Assembly (NCBI GenBank): GCA_964623485.1
Contig: CAZUTC010000002.1
Coordinates: forward strand, 1-34,073
DNA from: an uncultured bacterium
GTDB taxonomy: Bacteria; Hydrothermota; Tepidihabitantia; B3-TA06; CAYQJV01
DNA length: 34,073 bases
Direction: 5' to 3'
Shown piece by piece: positions 33,188 to 34,073 of this stretch. Positions within the stretch are counted from its first letter, which is position 1, and each line of letters begins with the position of its first letter. The position numbers were made by a program, and so were the translations under genes. The notes below the pieces were generated by a model. The model worked only from the letters and a program-made list of their open reading frames with translations. It was not told the origin of the DNA and did not search any database.

Positions 33188-34073
33188 GGATTAATCGGAT
33201 ATAGAAATGTCTCACCTGTACCCGGAAATATTAAAAGATAGGCATCTTCTCCTACAGCGATTTTCAACTCCTTAAAATCTTCTGGCTCATCGGACACAAT
33301 TAATCCGTATGAAATATTTTTCTCTTTGCTATCTTTTACCTCTTTAAGAATCTCAAAATACTCCCCAAAATCACCGAGAGCCAGTATCCCATCTTTAATT
33401 CCTTTTATATCGTATAATTCTTTCCCCTCAAAAAATATCTTCCATCCATCATTCTCTCTCCTTAATACTTTATTTTCTTCAAGCAGATACATATTTCCTT
33501 GTTTATCAAAAGCCACTGCTTTCAATTTTTTTAAGGAGTTATACACAATGTCTTCTTGAGGGTAGAGGGTATATAATCTCTTCTGGGTAAGTAGGTATAG
33601 AGTATCATTCCGCTTAAGCAAAGATAAAATATTTGGGGTAGAAAAAAATGTATCAAAGGAGTTTCCCCGGTTATAGCTCACAAAAACCTTCTCCCAGGAT
33701 GCAATGAAAAATGTATCAGGATTTTTAAAAGGGATTGAAACAGAAACTGCCTGCTCCGGAATTACAAAGGTATCTACTTTGTTTTCTTTCCGGTTTATGA
33801 TAAAGCCGGTATCCAAGTCATTACATAAAATCAAATAAGAATCCTGGAAATCAAAGCATGTAAATGAGGCATCTGGGTTTTGATTTTTAAAGACCGCTTT
33901 ACTTTCTGGAAAAACAAGAGAATGCAATACAGTATCTTCCATTATAAGAAACTCCCCTACACTTCCCTTTAAAATCTGGACTGTATTAGGGTATCTCAAT
34001 TTGGTATCTACCCAGAACTTATCAAACACATCTCCCAATGGCTTTGGCGCTCCAGCGGGTTTCTCACAAAAGA
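33184..34073 (-). CDS. Hypothetical protein, 5' end probably outside the window
   Basis: The reading frame stays open upstream of the TTG at 34038 right to the window edge (..FCEKPAGAPKPLGDVF..). I recognise no motifs; the periodicity is beta-rich. Confidence 0.6.
   Translation of the reverse strand, partial: FCEKPAGAPKPLGDVFDKFWVDTKLRYPNTVQILKGSVGEFLIMEDTVLHSLVFPESKAVFKNQNPDASFTCFDFQDSYLILCNDLDTGFIINRKENKVDTFVIPEQAVSVSIPFKNPDTFFIASWEKVFVSYNRGNSFDTFFSTPNILSLLKRNDTLYLLTQKRLYTLYPQEDIVYNSLKKLKAVAFDKQGNMYLLEENKVLRRENDGWKIFFEGKELYDIKGIKDGILALGDFGEYFEILKEVKDSKEKNISYGLIVSDEPEDFKELKIAVGEDAYLLIFPGTGETFLYPINP

Noticed and set aside
1-34073. I looked for CRISPR arrays, tRNA/rRNA and other structured ncRNA genes.
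   Set aside because: The largest non-coding gaps are 138 nt (32420-32557), 87 nt (22446-22532) and 78 nt (27220-27297). All are AT-rich promoter-like regions without regularly spaced repeats or cloverleaf-type pairing that I could see by eye. A covariance-model scan was not possible.

Overview
The window is AT-rich and very gene-dense, with almost no intergenic DNA. It probably comes from an uncultivated diderm bacterium, because many proteins end in type IX secretion (T9SS/Por) style C-terminal sorting domains (CTDs). The Glu/Lys/Ile-rich proteins look thermophile-like. Taxonomy cannot be fixed without a database search.

There are three blocks.

(i) 1-12786, plus strand. This is an array of secreted paralogous repeat proteins. 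Small signal-peptide proteins without a CTD (S-type) alternate with roughly 530-550 aa proteins with a CTD (L-type). The order is L0(partial)-S1-L1-S2-L2-S3-X, followed by a 1262-aa CTD protein. The S/L units are tandem duplicates at about 2.36-2.39 kb spacing. Islands of near-identical DNA sit inside otherwise strongly diverged genes. Two members are frameshifted at short homopolymer runs.

(ii) 12788-30023, housekeeping genes. On the minus strand a 10-gene overlapping string runs glmM-glmS-nfi-recA-recX-alaS-hyp-scpB-DUF4416-like-PTPS-like. On the plus strand are an OMP-like gene, then birA-coaX-tsaE-tsaB-rimI. Next is a minus-strand isochorismatase-family hydrolase. Then, on the plus strand, purD-purE and a TsaC(YrdC)-LMW phosphatase fusion.

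(iii) 30042-34073, minus strand. This is an uncharacterised outer-membrane-type cassette: two 224-aa paralogues bracket two small lipoprotein-like genes, preceded by an OMP-like gene and a partial gene.

I saw no rRNA, tRNA, CRISPR array, transposase, integrase or reverse transcriptase.

The best candidates for something undescribed are the S/L surface-protein array with its recombination and frameshift signatures, and the four-gene OM cassette. All functional calls rest on motif recognition by eye, with no searches run.
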